This document shows, in pieces, positions 17,514 through 28,104 of a stretch of 64,000 nt of DNA. The notes beneath the pieces are model-generated. The model did not search any database and was not told the origin of the DNA. It saw nothing but the letters and a program-made list of their open reading frames with translations. A program made the translations under genes and the position numbers. Within the stretch, counting starts at the first letter, position 1. The number at the start of each line of letters is the position of its first letter. Origin of the DNA: a virus (lineage: Duplodnaviria > Caudoviricetes); the IMG/VR virus record IMGVR_UViG_3300022074_005559; one strand, 5' to 3'.

Positions 17514-18598
17514 GATAAACTCTCGATTTGTCTTTGTTCGTGATCTGCGTTACTCCAGTGATAATCAAAAGTTGCACTGACTGTGTCGCATTCGATCTTG
17601 TAAATGTCTAGGAAGTCGCCCAGTTTTTGCCAAATCTCTTCGGCAGTGTCTGTTCCAAAACTATTTAGCAAGTCAACTTGACCTATGTTTAAATAACCAC
17701 TGCTAAGGCTAGGATCGTCTGGATTAAAATCATTTGCTGTAAGCCAACTTCTAAATGCATCTATTTCATCTACAAACCAACTTTGTTGAGGATTGTAAGT
17801 AATGCTGTTGCCCCATTCAATGTCAAACTCTCCACTGTAATACTGCAAGTGTGTAATAGCTTCGCATACAGTAGCAGTAAGTTCTGGGGCATGCTCGTCT
17901 CTGAATACTTCAATAAGTGTTTTACCTATTTGACACCAATGCATGTACACACCGCCTAGCACACGGTCATAGCCATTTTCTACAAAGCCCAATCTGTGTT
18001 CATCTGTAAGTGTGCGTCTTGGGCAACGAAGAAATGTTGTGATCTGACTAGGGCGTACCCATTGCGGTGCTTGTATGATTTTACGTCTACTTAAACACAG
18101 TGTTTCCATTTCGTGGCAAATATTGTTTAACTGACGCACTGCATGACGTACACTTGGTGACATGTGTTCAGTGTATTCACTTGGATTTTCAACTGTGCCT
18201 TCCAGCACTTCAAAATGATTGTGCAGTTTATTCATTACTTCGTGTTTAACTTGGCGTCCTTTATTAAGCGGACTATCATCCATTCTGCCCACAGGATATT
18301 CATCGCCGAATGTAACCACGTCTGGGGCAAACCATTCTTCAATCATATAGTCTAAACCGCTTTGATTTATTGTAAAGATATGACGATTAAGTTCTTTGCA
18401 TAAAAAATCTAAACTGCGTTGTGTATAAGGAAAACCGTGAAAGCAATAGTTCTTTTCTAGGTGCAAACTTTTTAGCAGTACATCTTGCTTGAGTGCTATA
18501 ATCCAGTCTTGCGCAAGTTGATTGTCTGCCGGGTGTATATTATAATCCAACAGTTCTCCGGTTTTATAGTTACGCAGCACTACTTTAACAGATTTCAT
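17510..18598 (-). CDS. hypothetical protein (362 aa) inside the radical SAM block
   Basis: Long ORF with ATGA-type overlaps at both ends; no recognised motif. Confidence 0.8.
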   Translation of the reverse strand: MKSVKVVLRNYKTGELLDYNIHPADNQLAQDWIIALKQDVLLKSLHLEKNYCFHGFPYTQRSLDFLCKELNRHIFTINQSGLDYMIEEWFAPDVVTFGDEYPVGRMDDSPLNKGRQVKHEVMNKLHNHFEVLEGTVENPSEYTEHMSPSVRHAVRQLNNICHEMETLCLSRRKIIQAPQWVRPSQITTFLRCPRRTLTDEHRLGFVENGYDRVLGGVYMHWCQIGKTLIEVFRDEHAPELTATVCEAITHLQYYSGEFDIEWGNSITYNPQQSWFVDEIDAFRSWLTANDFNPDDPSLSSGYLNIGQVDLLNSFGTDTAEEIWQKLGDFLDIYKIECDTVSATFDYHWSNADHEQRQIESLS

Positions 18599-19862
18599 TC
18601 CACCATTCCTTCACTTTACTGTCCATGAGTGTATCCTCAAAGCGCATACCTCCTCTGAGATTATCCATTGCTTGCATACGCCACTTGCCACTTATACGAG
18701 CTTTGGCATATTCATCTGGATATTGTTCTTCAAAGACAGGACGCTCAAGTAAACTCTTAAGCATGTTTCTTATTGTAACATTGTCTACGCCAGTAGTCAA
18801 TAACAGTTGGTTTACTACAAAGTCTAAATGTTTGCGTGGAAGGAAAAGAGGACTCATTGCAATATCTGGAGTAAAGGCAAATGTTACTTTTGCTAATATG
18901 TCTGCATCGTACTTTTTTGCAAGGTCACAGATGAAAGGTATTTCCCAAAGCCCAGGCAGTGTTAGTGTAAAGTCAATGCGCATTTTTCTTCTGTCGTTGC
19001 CCGCATATTCTCTGCCTTGTGCAAAATATTCTTCCCACTGCACCCAGTCTAATCCTGTGCGGATGTATTCACCCACTGCACCTGTGCCATCTATACTAGC
19101 ACATACTTGCCAATCTCTTACATGTGCAAGTATGTCCTTATAAAGATTAACGCCTTTGTAATCAACGCGACTGAGATTAGTGTTATACCGTGCATAGAGA
19201 TTAGGACCATCGCCTAGTTCAACAATGCGGCGCATGTAACGCCAATGTTGCTCATACATAAGTGGCTCTCCGCCTACCCAGTATACTTCTTCAATACGAT
19301 GCTGCTCAACAGCATCACTAAACTCTTGCTCTACTACATCTGCTTGAAAAGTTTCAATAGCCTTTTTTACAGGCTTTTCCATCCAAGGTTCAACTTTGCC
19401 TTGCTTGCGAGCTTCTGTTTCCCAACTACTACTTAACATTGGACCGCACATACGACATTTAAAGTTGCACAAGTTACTGAAACGATAATCCCAACTAACA
19501 GGTTTCATTGTTGTGTACCCGTCCCAGTCTGTGTGTGCTACGACATCTTCGTATTTGTGTGAAAACAAATGATTGAAATAATCTCTGTATACGTCTTGGT
19601 TAAGCAGTCTTTTATCGCATACTTGACATGCATCTGGCACTTCGTTGCGCAACATCTGCATGCGTATATTGCGTATGTGTTCACCATTCCACCATTCATC
19701 CAGTGTTTGTGGTTTGTACTCGTTAGTGCCTTCTGCTGTGTCGATGTACTGTTTAAAGTTTTGTGCTGGCTCGCGGCTGGCGCAACACAGTCTGCGTTCA
19801 CTTTGTGGACTTAGATAAGTGTGCGTCCATGGTGCCATGCATAGGTTATCTGGTTTGTTCAT
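18585..19862 (-). CDS. radical SAM protein with N-terminal twitch-like domain (strand corrected to -)
   Basis: The reverse complement at 19862 reads ATGAACAAACCA, and TTA at 18585-18587 is the stop. Motifs CNFKCRMC, GGEPL and YNTN; N-terminal CMAPW...CC...CQVC. Confidence 0.93.
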   Translation of the reverse strand: MNKPDNLCMAPWTHTYLSPQSERRLCCASREPAQNFKQYIDTAEGTNEYKPQTLDEWWNGEHIRNIRMQMLRNEVPDACQVCDKRLLNQDVYRDYFNHLFSHKYEDVVAHTDWDGYTTMKPVSWDYRFSNLCNFKCRMCGPMLSSSWETEARKQGKVEPWMEKPVKKAIETFQADVVEQEFSDAVEQHRIEEVYWVGGEPLMYEQHWRYMRRIVELGDGPNLYARYNTNLSRVDYKGVNLYKDILAHVRDWQVCASIDGTGAVGEYIRTGLDWVQWEEYFAQGREYAGNDRRKMRIDFTLTLPGLWEIPFICDLAKKYDADILAKVTFAFTPDIAMSPLFLPRKHLDFVVNQLLLTTGVDNVTIRNMLKSLLERPVFEEQYPDEYAKARISGKWRMQAMDNLRGGMRFEDTLMDSKVKEWWNEIC

Positions 19863-20415
19863 GATAATACTCTGCTACTTGGTTGTGTATGTTTTGATCA
19901 TCAATATGAAAACAAGGAACAAACTTCAAACTATCTCCATAGTCCCAAAGATTATATTTACTTCTATGCGAATCATAATATGTAAAATATCGTTGTGTTA
20001 CTCCCCATTTAGGATGTTCGAATCCTCCTTGGTCAAACAAGAATGGAATACCACTTTGATCTAATCTAGACAACACACCTTCAATGATACATTTATTTTT
20101 GTATATTTCTCTATCTAAATCAAAAAACTCCGCTGTCCAACTTTTAATAATGTCTCGTTGTACACTGTTTAATCCGCTGGTGATAAGATTTTGTATTGTG
20201 TAAGGTCCCGATTCATGCTCGTAACGGCAACTGCTGGTAAACAAAACAATGACGAACTCCGCTCGTTGTTCTATAGCAATGTCTACTTGCTTACTAATCA
20301 TAACATTGCTAGCACATACTTCGCCAAGACTCGTACAGTCTAATAGTTCATGCCATGGAGTTATATCACTACGGGGATCACTGCTTGCAAAACTATCTCC
20401 ACATACATATATCAT
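19846..20415 (-). CDS. SGNH/GDSL-like protein
   Basis: N-terminal VCGDSF (block I), ASN and a C-terminal FH motif. Confidence 0.55.
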   Translation of the reverse strand: MIYVCGDSFASSDPRSDITPWHELLDCTSLGEVCASNVMISKQVDIAIEQRAEFVIVLFTSSCRYEHESGPYTIQNLITSGLNSVQRDIIKSWTAEFFDLDREIYKNKCIIEGVLSRLDQSGIPFLFDQGGFEHPKWGVTQRYFTYYDSHRSKYNLWDYGDSLKFVPCFHIDDQNIHNQVAEYYHEQTR

Positions 20416-21368
20416 GATTCTATAAACTCCATTAATGGATCAACAAGTTGTTCAACAAACAACTGTTTTACAATGCTGGGATTGTAAAAATGTTTTTTAT
20501 TATGTACAAGTATACGCTGAGTTTCACTATCTGTAAAGATAGTTTTGTCGGCAATGATATCTTTTACTACTGTGTGTATCATATCCAGTCTGACTTGTTC
20601 ATCAGATTCTGTGTCGTACCCTTCGTCGATAGCATGAGAGAAAGTTTCAAACCCTAGTCTCTGCATTTCAGCTAGTGTGCCTTGTTGTCCATAAACAACA
20701 TAAGCATGCTCGAATGCCATTGGTTTAAATATTTTTTCACTGACATGTATCCAGTTTCTACTGCGGTCTTGTACGCTTACATCTTTTACTGTGCTTTCAC
20801 TTACTAAACTAAAGCGTGTATCTCTATACCAGTCTGGGTTTATATGCCGTTGCCAGTTTTCATCGTAAGGTGCATCCACAGCATTTTGTAATGTTATGTC
20901 GTTGCCTACATAACTGTAAATATTATCATCTAGTACACTATAAAACTTTCTATATAAATCATTTCTCCATCCAGTGCGCATATGCATCAAACAAATAAAA
21001 TCTCGAGTTGGATTATGCTCAACGGGTTTATTATACCCTAGTGCAGTGTACCAAATACTTTCATGCCAACGTATAAAATCACGTGGACGTAATGTGTAAT
21101 CTGCCGCAAAGTCTAGATGTCCATCCCAGCAGTCCCAGCACTTGTCAATGATTAATCTCATGCCTCTGTCTCTGAGTGCAAGTTCGTCCTGTGCATTGCC
21201 AGTACAAAACTCATGATAATCAACGACTACCACTGTGTTTTTTACATCATAGTATTTTGCAGTGTCTAGTAGTTCAACGTTAAAATATTCAGCAAGATGA
21301 TCTTCCATAAACCAGTTACTGAATATAGTTTTGTCTTGACTTATTAGCAGTGTAGGTTTACAGTTCAT
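20412..21368 (-). CDS. GT-B-like putative glycosyltransferase (ET...EKxxK family)
   Basis: FSLVSES...VSEKIFKPM...LGFETFSHAIDEGYD; paralog of 13165..14166 and 30052..31014. Confidence 0.55.
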   Translation of the reverse strand: MNCKPTLLISQDKTIFSNWFMEDHLAEYFNVELLDTAKYYDVKNTVVVVDYHEFCTGNAQDELALRDRGMRLIIDKCWDCWDGHLDFAADYTLRPRDFIRWHESIWYTALGYNKPVEHNPTRDFICLMHMRTGWRNDLYRKFYSVLDDNIYSYVGNDITLQNAVDAPYDENWQRHINPDWYRDTRFSLVSESTVKDVSVQDRSRNWIHVSEKIFKPMAFEHAYVVYGQQGTLAEMQRLGFETFSHAIDEGYDTESDEQVRLDMIHTVVKDIIADKTIFTDSETQRILVHNKKHFYNPSIVKQLFVEQLVDPLMEFIES

Positions 21369-22539
21369 ATCCTATAACCTTTGCCATCTTAGCGTGGCTT
21401 TCTGCAAAGTTTTGATTGCGATATAAATCTGTTAGTCTTAGTTTTGTGTGCAACCCTTGTGCATCTTGCGTTCTGCTATGCATGACTAACTCTTTTATAC
21501 TGTGAATGTCTTGTGCATACTTTGCCCATTTCACTTGACATTTTTGCAAGTATAACATTAATACACTTTGCGCACTGTTGGGTGTGTTAACAATACTGAA
21601 CTCCCAAGGGTCATGCATTAGGTTAAAATGCACACTGTCAAAGTCCATGGTTTCTGCCCAAGTTAATACTTCGTCCATATAGTATACATTTTGTAGATTC
21701 CATGTTACACATAACTGTGTAGTAATAGGGTAACCTTGATCTCTAAGTTGATTTACTTTTTTAATATTATTATTTGCAGTACGCCACTTAGCACCGTAGC
21801 GTTCATATTCAAAACGTTTACCTGTGTTGTCCACACTGAATGCTATTTGCACATGTTTAAAATGTTGCCATATTGTAGGATCTTTTGGATATTGTGTTGC
21901 GTTTGTATTATAATGAATATCAATATCTTTTGCATAACCACGATCCACTGCACCTTGTAGTAAATCAAAATGCTGTTTAATCATCCATGGCTCACCACCA
22001 GTAAACTCAAAATACTTTATTTGCGGTAACAGTTCGTCCATGTTATCCCAGAATGTTTTACTCTTTCTGGGCCATTGTCCATCTTTTAACCATTTGTATG
22101 CACTGTGTTCTTTTGCAGGGATTTGATCAGCAACATAATCTATTTCTTCCTGTGCCCACTTACTACTGCTCCAACTACCACAGATACGACATTTAAGATT
22201 ACATATGTTGCCTAGTTTTAAATCTATAAACTGTAGTTCGTGTCCCGTTTCAACTGCGTCCCAGTCTACTTCTATGTGCTTGAACTTTTCCAACATATAC
22301 TGACGTTTGCTTTTCTTACCAGCACCTTCTTCACGCCAGCAGTTACGACACTGCCCTGGTTCTTTGTTGTCTCTAAATGCTGCACGGAGATTCTGCATAT
22401 ACTCGCTGTTAAAGCCGTCTTGCAGTGTGTGCGTTTTAAGATTCATATCCGGTATTTCATTAGTGGTTAAACAACAAGGACGCATTGTTCCCAATGGCGT
22501 TGTTTCAATGCTGATCCATGGCAGTATACATTTAGGCAT
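21358..22539 (-). CDS. radical SAM protein with N-terminal twitch-like domain
   Basis: CNLKCRIC, FTGGEP and YNTNAT; N-terminal CILPW...PCC...CRNC. Confidence 0.93.
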   Translation of the reverse strand: MPKCILPWISIETTPLGTMRPCCLTTNEIPDMNLKTHTLQDGFNSEYMQNLRAAFRDNKEPGQCRNCWREEGAGKKSKRQYMLEKFKHIEVDWDAVETGHELQFIDLKLGNICNLKCRICGSWSSSKWAQEEIDYVADQIPAKEHSAYKWLKDGQWPRKSKTFWDNMDELLPQIKYFEFTGGEPWMIKQHFDLLQGAVDRGYAKDIDIHYNTNATQYPKDPTIWQHFKHVQIAFSVDNTGKRFEYERYGAKWRTANNNIKKVNQLRDQGYPITTQLCVTWNLQNVYYMDEVLTWAETMDFDSVHFNLMHDPWEFSIVNTPNSAQSVLMLYLQKCQVKWAKYAQDIHSIKELVMHSRTQDAQGLHTKLRLTDLYRNQNFAESHAKMAKVIGYEL

Positions 22540-23848
22540 ATTTGCGCAACCTTTCTAGTTCTGGAAATACTGTCCAAAAACTTTCATCCCTGAACCCGTC
22601 CATTTCGTCATTTTTTTCTACAAACTGCGGTAATAAATGACTGTTGTCTGCGCTATTCATGAATGTCATTGCACTGCGAAATCCATTTGTTGCACGAGTA
22701 AGATAGTCACCTTCTGTAGCAATCCATGCAATGTGTTCGTTGTATAGTTGTTCAAGTTCTGCTTTCATGTCTGCAGGCAATATGTCTAATCTAAAACGAT
22801 CAGGGTCTTGCAGTATGTTAACATTAAAATCTTCTGCTTTAATCAATCCTAGCTCAACCCATTCTTTATGGAAGTCTAGTATATTGTAAGCATTCATAAC
22901 ACTTAGCGTAGCACTTATATAAAAGTCTACTGTAGGACAAACTTCAAGCATACGCCGGCGGTTCTCTACAACTTGATTCCAATCTGTGCCTTTGCGCATA
23001 AGTTCGCCACGAGCATGATTAGCATCTAGACTGGCACCAATACTTACTACATCAAACTTATTCCATAAGTCAAGTACGTCTTGTTGTTTAAACACTAGCT
23101 CTGTAAAGTTTGTGTTATAGTTAAGACGTACATCTGTTCTACCTCGTTCAATAAGTGCATTAAGTAGATTATAATGCTCTTTCATCATAAGTGGTTCGCC
23201 GCCCGCAAAATAAACATTTTCAATACTGTCTAGATGTGGCTGTAGTTGTTCCCACATATCCATTTCATAACGACCTGTATAACTTACGTTAGGATGATCT
23301 TTTGCTAGCCAACCATATTTTTTTGCTTCTTTTACCCAGTTACTACTAAAAATATCACCGCAGGTTCTGCAACTTAGATTACACAAGTTACTAAAGCGAA
23401 TGTCATAGTAAGTTAGTTTAAACTCATCGAGGCTTCCGTCTGTGTTTGTTGCATCTGCTTTTCCAATGTGATGTCCGTGATTTTTATTTGCACTGTAGCG
23501 CATGCTTACAAAACCGCTGCTTTCTTGTTCATAGCATTTAGTACACTGACTGCATGGTTTATCTTGCAGCATGTTTACACGCATCTGTTTAAGATCATCA
23601 CTGTTCCATATTTCTTCCATTGTGCTTTCTCTGAGTGTGCCCAATGGCTGATCCATTCGTGCAAGACAGCAAGGATATGCTTCGCCTGTAGGAAATGCAT
23701 GCAAATGTACCCAAGGTAGAATACAAAAACTTTCGCTTGTAAGTAATCTGTCTCGCTGTGTATCTGTTAAATCTTCGACATCTATATACACAGGTTTACG
23801 AGTATGATAGTCATAGTTTTTGTAGTAGTTTGCTATATCATCGGTCAT
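22532..23848 (-). CDS. radical SAM protein with N-terminal twitch-like domain (ATG 23848 by ATGA coupling)
   Basis: CNLSCRTC, FAGGEPL and YNTNFT; N-terminal FCILPW...PCC...CTKC. Confidence 0.93.
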   Translation of the reverse strand: MTDDIANYYKNYDYHTRKPVYIDVEDLTDTQRDRLLTSESFCILPWVHLHAFPTGEAYPCCLARMDQPLGTLRESTMEEIWNSDDLKQMRVNMLQDKPCSQCTKCYEQESSGFVSMRYSANKNHGHHIGKADATNTDGSLDEFKLTYYDIRFSNLCNLSCRTCGDIFSSNWVKEAKKYGWLAKDHPNVSYTGRYEMDMWEQLQPHLDSIENVYFAGGEPLMMKEHYNLLNALIERGRTDVRLNYNTNFTELVFKQQDVLDLWNKFDVVSIGASLDANHARGELMRKGTDWNQVVENRRRMLEVCPTVDFYISATLSVMNAYNILDFHKEWVELGLIKAEDFNVNILQDPDRFRLDILPADMKAELEQLYNEHIAWIATEGDYLTRATNGFRSAMTFMNSADNSHLLPQFVEKNDEMDGFRDESFWTVFPELERLRKYA

Positions 23849-25221
23849 AGGTTTTCGTACCATTCTGCTAGTTCCGGAAATGTAATCGGAAAGTTTTTAT
23901 TACGTCTTACATCATACTGCTGGTAAAACTTTTTAAAATCGTTATGTAGTTTAGGCATGTCAAAACCTTCACTGTGAGGCTTGTTTACTACTTGTAAATA
24001 CTCGATGAGTCTGTCCAGTTGTCCTAGTTCAAACTCGTGAAAGTCCAAGCCTGCGTTGCGTAGTTCTGTAAGCCGTTGTGCATGACGCTGTCGCTGCTCT
24101 GTTGGCAACACCAGTGCGCTTTGAAAACTAGGGAAACGCAGTATATTAAAACTCATTACACAGAATCTATTACCGCCATATTGTTCGCGCTTTGCCATAA
24201 TACGATGTACAAGCTCTGGCAGTGTTTCTAAACACAGTGCATTCACTGTCATCATACAGTGTGTATCAATGTCTGCTTCATGCAAGCGTTGCACATTTTC
24301 CCACCATTGTTTAAACACCATGCCATCTCTAATATATTCTGCGGCACCGTCTATTGCTTCTGCACTTGTATATACACCCAAACTAGGCAAACGTTCTCGC
24401 ACATTTACCAGTCTATCAATAAGTTCTGGCTTTGCTACTAGGTTACTGTTAATAGCAAGACTGGTTTGTGTCTTATCGCCATTTTGTTCAAACCATTCAA
24501 TAAGTCTCCATAAACTGTCACTCATTAATGGCTCGCCACCCGTAACACGCAACTGCCTCAGTGTTTTGTGTAGGTCAGTTTCCCACCATTTAAAAAACGC
24601 TTCTACATATGGATTTGTTTGATCCCGTTTAAACAGTTGACTGCTGTTGTGCGGATGTATAAAGTGACCTCTGCCATCACTGACAAGGTCTTTGTATGCA
24701 CCATTTTGTTTGAGGTCTTTTACCCAAGTACTCGAAAATGCAGGGTTGCAATAACTGCAAGCAAAGTTACATGTTCTGTCAAAGGCGATCTCAAGACTTC
24801 TGAGGTCAAAATCGTCTCTGTAATCTGATTCAAATGCATCTGTTAGTTCCTCATTAGTATATATCCAACTTTTGTAAACACGGTCACTGATATGCTCTGC
24901 TCCCATGTCCTCAATCTTCCAACAATATTCACAGCCTTGTGGTCGTTCTCCGCACTGCATCTGATGTCTTTGTTGTTTTTTCTGCGGAGTGTTGTGCAGT
25001 AGTTTAGGATTTTTTGTAACTTCTACTGGATCAATCTTATGTGGCAGAGGATGGTGACAACTTGTAGTCATGCCACTGCCTAACCACACTGTGGCATTAT
25101 ACCATTTAGCACCACAAAAACTAGCACTGCGAGTGTCTAGGTGTTCACGTTTAAAATCATGCGGCGGTAGTGTATTTTGCAGTACTGCTTCTAAGTGATT
25201 ATTTGGATTGCCTTCGCTCAT
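23845..25221 (-). CDS. radical SAM protein with N-terminal Cys-rich domain (second subfamily)
   Basis: CNFACSYC, VTGGEPL and INSNL; N-terminal FCGAKW...SCHHP...CEYC. Confidence 0.93.
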   Translation of the reverse strand: MSEGNPNNHLEAVLQNTLPPHDFKREHLDTRSASFCGAKWYNATVWLGSGMTTSCHHPLPHKIDPVEVTKNPKLLHNTPQKKQQRHQMQCGERPQGCEYCWKIEDMGAEHISDRVYKSWIYTNEELTDAFESDYRDDFDLRSLEIAFDRTCNFACSYCNPAFSSTWVKDLKQNGAYKDLVSDGRGHFIHPHNSSQLFKRDQTNPYVEAFFKWWETDLHKTLRQLRVTGGEPLMSDSLWRLIEWFEQNGDKTQTSLAINSNLVAKPELIDRLVNVRERLPSLGVYTSAEAIDGAAEYIRDGMVFKQWWENVQRLHEADIDTHCMMTVNALCLETLPELVHRIMAKREQYGGNRFCVMSFNILRFPSFQSALVLPTEQRQRHAQRLTELRNAGLDFHEFELGQLDRLIEYLQVVNKPHSEGFDMPKLHNDFKKFYQQYDVRRNKNFPITFPELAEWYENL

Positions 25222-25526
25222 GACAGTTTCCTTTTCAATATTTGTTTGACATCATCTTCTGTAAACTTGATATGCCATGTGCCATTAAAAGACACAAAAT
25301 CAACATTTGTTAAGTGTGCATAATCATGATTGTCTGTTGCCATTGTTGTGTATTCAAACAGTTCAGGCAGTGTTAAATCTTTGTACCTAATAGTGTTTAT
25401 TTTTATATAACTATTAGGATCTGTGCGATAGTCTTTGCCATAAAAGTGTAGTTTTAGTTCTGTAGGCGATATATTTTCACGTTTTATATAAAATGCACCC
25501 ACTGTTTCAAACTTAAAATCTATCAT
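25218..25526 (-). CDS. hypothetical protein (102 aa)
   Basis: ATGA overlaps at both ends. Confidence 0.65.
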   Translation of the reverse strand: MIDFKFETVGAFYIKRENISPTELKLHFYGKDYRTDPNSYIKINTIRYKDLTLPELFEYTTMATDNHDYAHLTNVDFVSFNGTWHIKFTEDDVKQILKRKLS

Positions 25527-26158
25527 TTAAATCTCGTTAATATTAGAACACTACTGCGAGGATACTTACCACTAAAGTTAGCACTGACATGAAAACGTTT
25601 TCTGGGCCAAGTCATTGCTGTACCTAGCCTCCAACAGTGTATACGGTCCACTGTAAAGCCTGCTAGTTTATCATAGTCTAAGTGCGTAAGTAATCCATAA
25701 TCAGTTCGGTCAAATGGTGTGTCGTCTAGTCCGTATTCTTCTCTGGTAGTCTGTTTATAAGTTGTAATACCTTTACTGCCCAATCCTGTCTCAGCATTAA
25801 ATGTGATAGCTCTGTCACTGCTCTGTTTGAACACCAGTGTATAATAAGCCTCTTCGCCTGTGTACCTAATAGGTATTAGATAACTGTTTGCAATATCGTC
25901 ATCTTTATCATGATCCAAATAGCCGTCGCTGTGTATACCGCCTGCACCATAATCATGATTGATGTTTACTGTGGTAATCTCTTCATTTGCAGGCAGTTTT
26001 GCTTGCAGTTGTGCTAGTTTATGTGCAAAGAAAGGCTGCGCATAATGACACATGGTTTGGTAGCGCAGTCCGTTGTCTCGAGTTTCCGGTAGCACAGTGT
26101 CATACCATAAAAACCAATCGCATTCTTCCTGCGTAAAAAAGTTGTCAATCTGTTTCAT
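25523..26158 (-). CDS. putative 2-oxoglutarate/Fe(II) dioxygenase (double-stranded beta-helix fold)
   Basis: IDNFFTQEEC start, HxD in GIHSDG, distal His in RFHVS, then R..VLI. Confidence 0.6.
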   Translation of the reverse strand: MKQIDNFFTQEECDWFLWYDTVLPETRDNGLRYQTMCHYAQPFFAHKLAQLQAKLPANEEITTVNINHDYGAGGIHSDGYLDHDKDDDIANSYLIPIRYTGEEAYYTLVFKQSSDRAITFNAETGLGSKGITTYKQTTREEYGLDDTPFDRTDYGLLTHLDYDKLAGFTVDRIHCWRLGTAMTWPRKRFHVSANFSGKYPRSSVLILTRFK

Positions 26159-26657
26159 TAGCAAAATATTCTTTTATTTGTGTTAGCACTGTGCGTGTAC
26201 TTTCCTGTCCTTCTTGTGTGTCTTGGCGTACACCCAGTCTACGTTGTATATCCAGTAGCAAAGGATTATCGAACTTCCAAACTATTGTTCCGTTATGACC
26301 AAGGTATGTATTGCCTTGTTGTGTGAAAGGTTCGTCCCAGGGTGCAACAATAGGATACTGTGTACATTCCCATAATATGTTTTTAAGGTCAATGTTGTTA
26401 ACATGTATATCAGTAACTTCTATAAACTTATCATGTTCATTATACATGTTTTTTCCATAATGTTCAACCGTTAACTTGCTTGTGCCATCAGGTTTAGGTA
26501 ACACTATAAACTCTACACTGTCTCCGTCTGCTTTAAAGTTTGCCACTTGTTCACCATCCCATAACACTCTGCACAAGGGCCAGCCATGAAAAGGATCGTG
26601 TTCACTATGAGTGTAGGATATCTTTAAAGTGATAGGTATTTTGTTTAATACGCTCAT
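26145..26657 (-). CDS. hypothetical protein (170 aa)
   Basis: Co-oriented, overlapping ORF; no motif recognised. Confidence 0.7.
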   Translation of the reverse strand: MSVLNKIPITLKISYTHSEHDPFHGWPLCRVLWDGEQVANFKADGDSVEFIVLPKPDGTSKLTVEHYGKNMYNEHDKFIEVTDIHVNNIDLKNILWECTQYPIVAPWDEPFTQQGNTYLGHNGTIVWKFDNPLLLDIQRRLGVRQDTQEGQESTRTVLTQIKEYFANETD

Positions 26658-28104
26658 AACTTGCTTTAAGTCTTTTTAGTTGATGGTCGCCATTCCATAC
26701 AGTGTAGCCCAGGTCCATGAGCAACTCTTGTAGGTCTATTCGTCGATTGATGCGTTCAAGCAGTGTTAGTTTAGGATTGTCTTTACTGGTCCAGTCTAGT
26801 CCAAATAATTCTGTGTCATCTTCTTGTGTAGGACTAAGTCCGTAGTGTATACTGTCTTGGTGCAATGGACTGCCCTCATCAATACTTAGTGTGCCTCCGA
26901 GGTTAACACCAAATATAGTTCCGTCCATTGCATAGCCTTGGTATTTTGTAAACTGTTGCATAGTTTCTAAATGATGATCTTCAGTCTCTGTAGGGTATCC
27001 AACAATCATTAAGAAGTAACAGTTAACATTATTTAACCTAAACTGCTCCAAGGTGTAATCCAAGTCAGCATTGGTAAAGCCTTTGTTCATGTCTATGCGT
27101 ATTTGTTCGCTAAGACTTTCCACACCCATTGCCAGACCATTCATGCCACTTTGTGCGGCAAAACGATAATCCTCAGGTGTGAGTTGTTTTGCTGTTCGTA
27201 CAATCCATTGCCCGCCCCAACTAAAAAACTTGTCTGGTAGATTGTTTGCACGATAGTAGTCTACCAGGCTGCGACTAAGGTCACGGAAACTTTTTAGACT
27301 ACCATTAATCAAACTGTCTGTAAAAAAGAAATCAGTAACACCATGTTTTTCATAATGGTGTATCATTTCCTGTGCTACATTGTCACCGTCACGGTATGTA
27401 TACTTTTTCCAAAACGCATGTATATCACAAAAACTACAGCGTCTTACACAGCCGCGACTTGTGGTTACTGGCAACTGTGTGCGTCCAATAGCATAATGAT
27501 ATTTGTAATCTATAACATCATCGTAGTCTGGAAACGCAACACTGTTTAGATCCTCAATCTGTACATAGTTGTCATTGTTTACACCTGGCCCTGCATTATC
27601 TACAAGTATGTCTAATAGTGCATACTCTCCTTCGCCTCTTACATAGTAGTCCACAAGTCCGACATTTTTTAGTGCATTACCAAAGTCATTGGTCTGTGTA
27701 GCAATACCTGTGGTGCTCAGACCTGCACCCCCTATGATAATCTTGCCTTTATAGTGCGGACGAAGAAGTTTACATAGTTCTTGCGTGGCACGTTGACATT
27801 CAAATGTAAACACACTGATGCCAACAAAGCGAGGATTAACATCTAGCACATAGTCTACTACCTCTGCATACCATGTGTCAATGATTGTTTTACAACGGTC
27901 GTTTAGTTCGCTGTTAGGAATAGTAAAATAGTTTGTGATCGTTTCAAAGTCATCTTCGTCTTTAATGCTGTCCAGCAGTTCAAAGTTTGTGTCTTTTACA
28001 GTGCATGTAAAGCCGTTTTCTTGCACGACACCTTTTAGCAAACTAGTGCCTGCAGGAGGGTACACTAAACTAATGCGTGGTACATTAAGTAGCAATAAGT
28101 CCAT
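26605..28104 (-). CDS. cobalamin (B12)-binding-domain radical SAM protein (start 28104)
   Basis: N-terminal PPAG..LLKG, FVGISVF and KIIIGG (B12-binding Rossmann-like), TSRGCVRRCSFC, FTDSLIN, GVESLS and FLMIVGYPTET. Confidence 0.9.
   Translation of the reverse strand: MDLLLLNVPRISLVYPPAGTSLLKGVVQENGFTCTVKDTNFELLDSIKDEDDFETITNYFTIPNSELNDRCKTIIDTWYAEVVDYVLDVNPRFVGISVFTFECQRATQELCKLLRPHYKGKIIIGGAGLSTTGIATQTNDFGNALKNVGLVDYYVRGEGEYALLDILVDNAGPGVNNDNYVQIEDLNSVAFPDYDDVIDYKYHYAIGRTQLPVTTSRGCVRRCSFCDIHAFWKKYTYRDGDNVAQEMIHHYEKHGVTDFFFTDSLINGSLKSFRDLSRSLVDYYRANNLPDKFFSWGGQWIVRTAKQLTPEDYRFAAQSGMNGLAMGVESLSEQIRIDMNKGFTNADLDYTLEQFRLNNVNCYFLMIVGYPTETEDHHLETMQQFTKYQGYAMDGTIFGVNLGGTLSIDEGSPLHQDSIHYGLSPTQEDDTELFGLDWTSKDNPKLTLLERINRRIDLQELLMDLGYTVWNGDHQLKRLKASYERIKQNTYHFKDILHS

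Noticed and set aside
18585-19862. ORF track lists this radical SAM gene on the + strand
   Set aside because: The listed protein (MNKPDN...) only reads from the reverse complement starting at 19862, with the stop at 18585-18587. It is a - strand gene like its neighbours.
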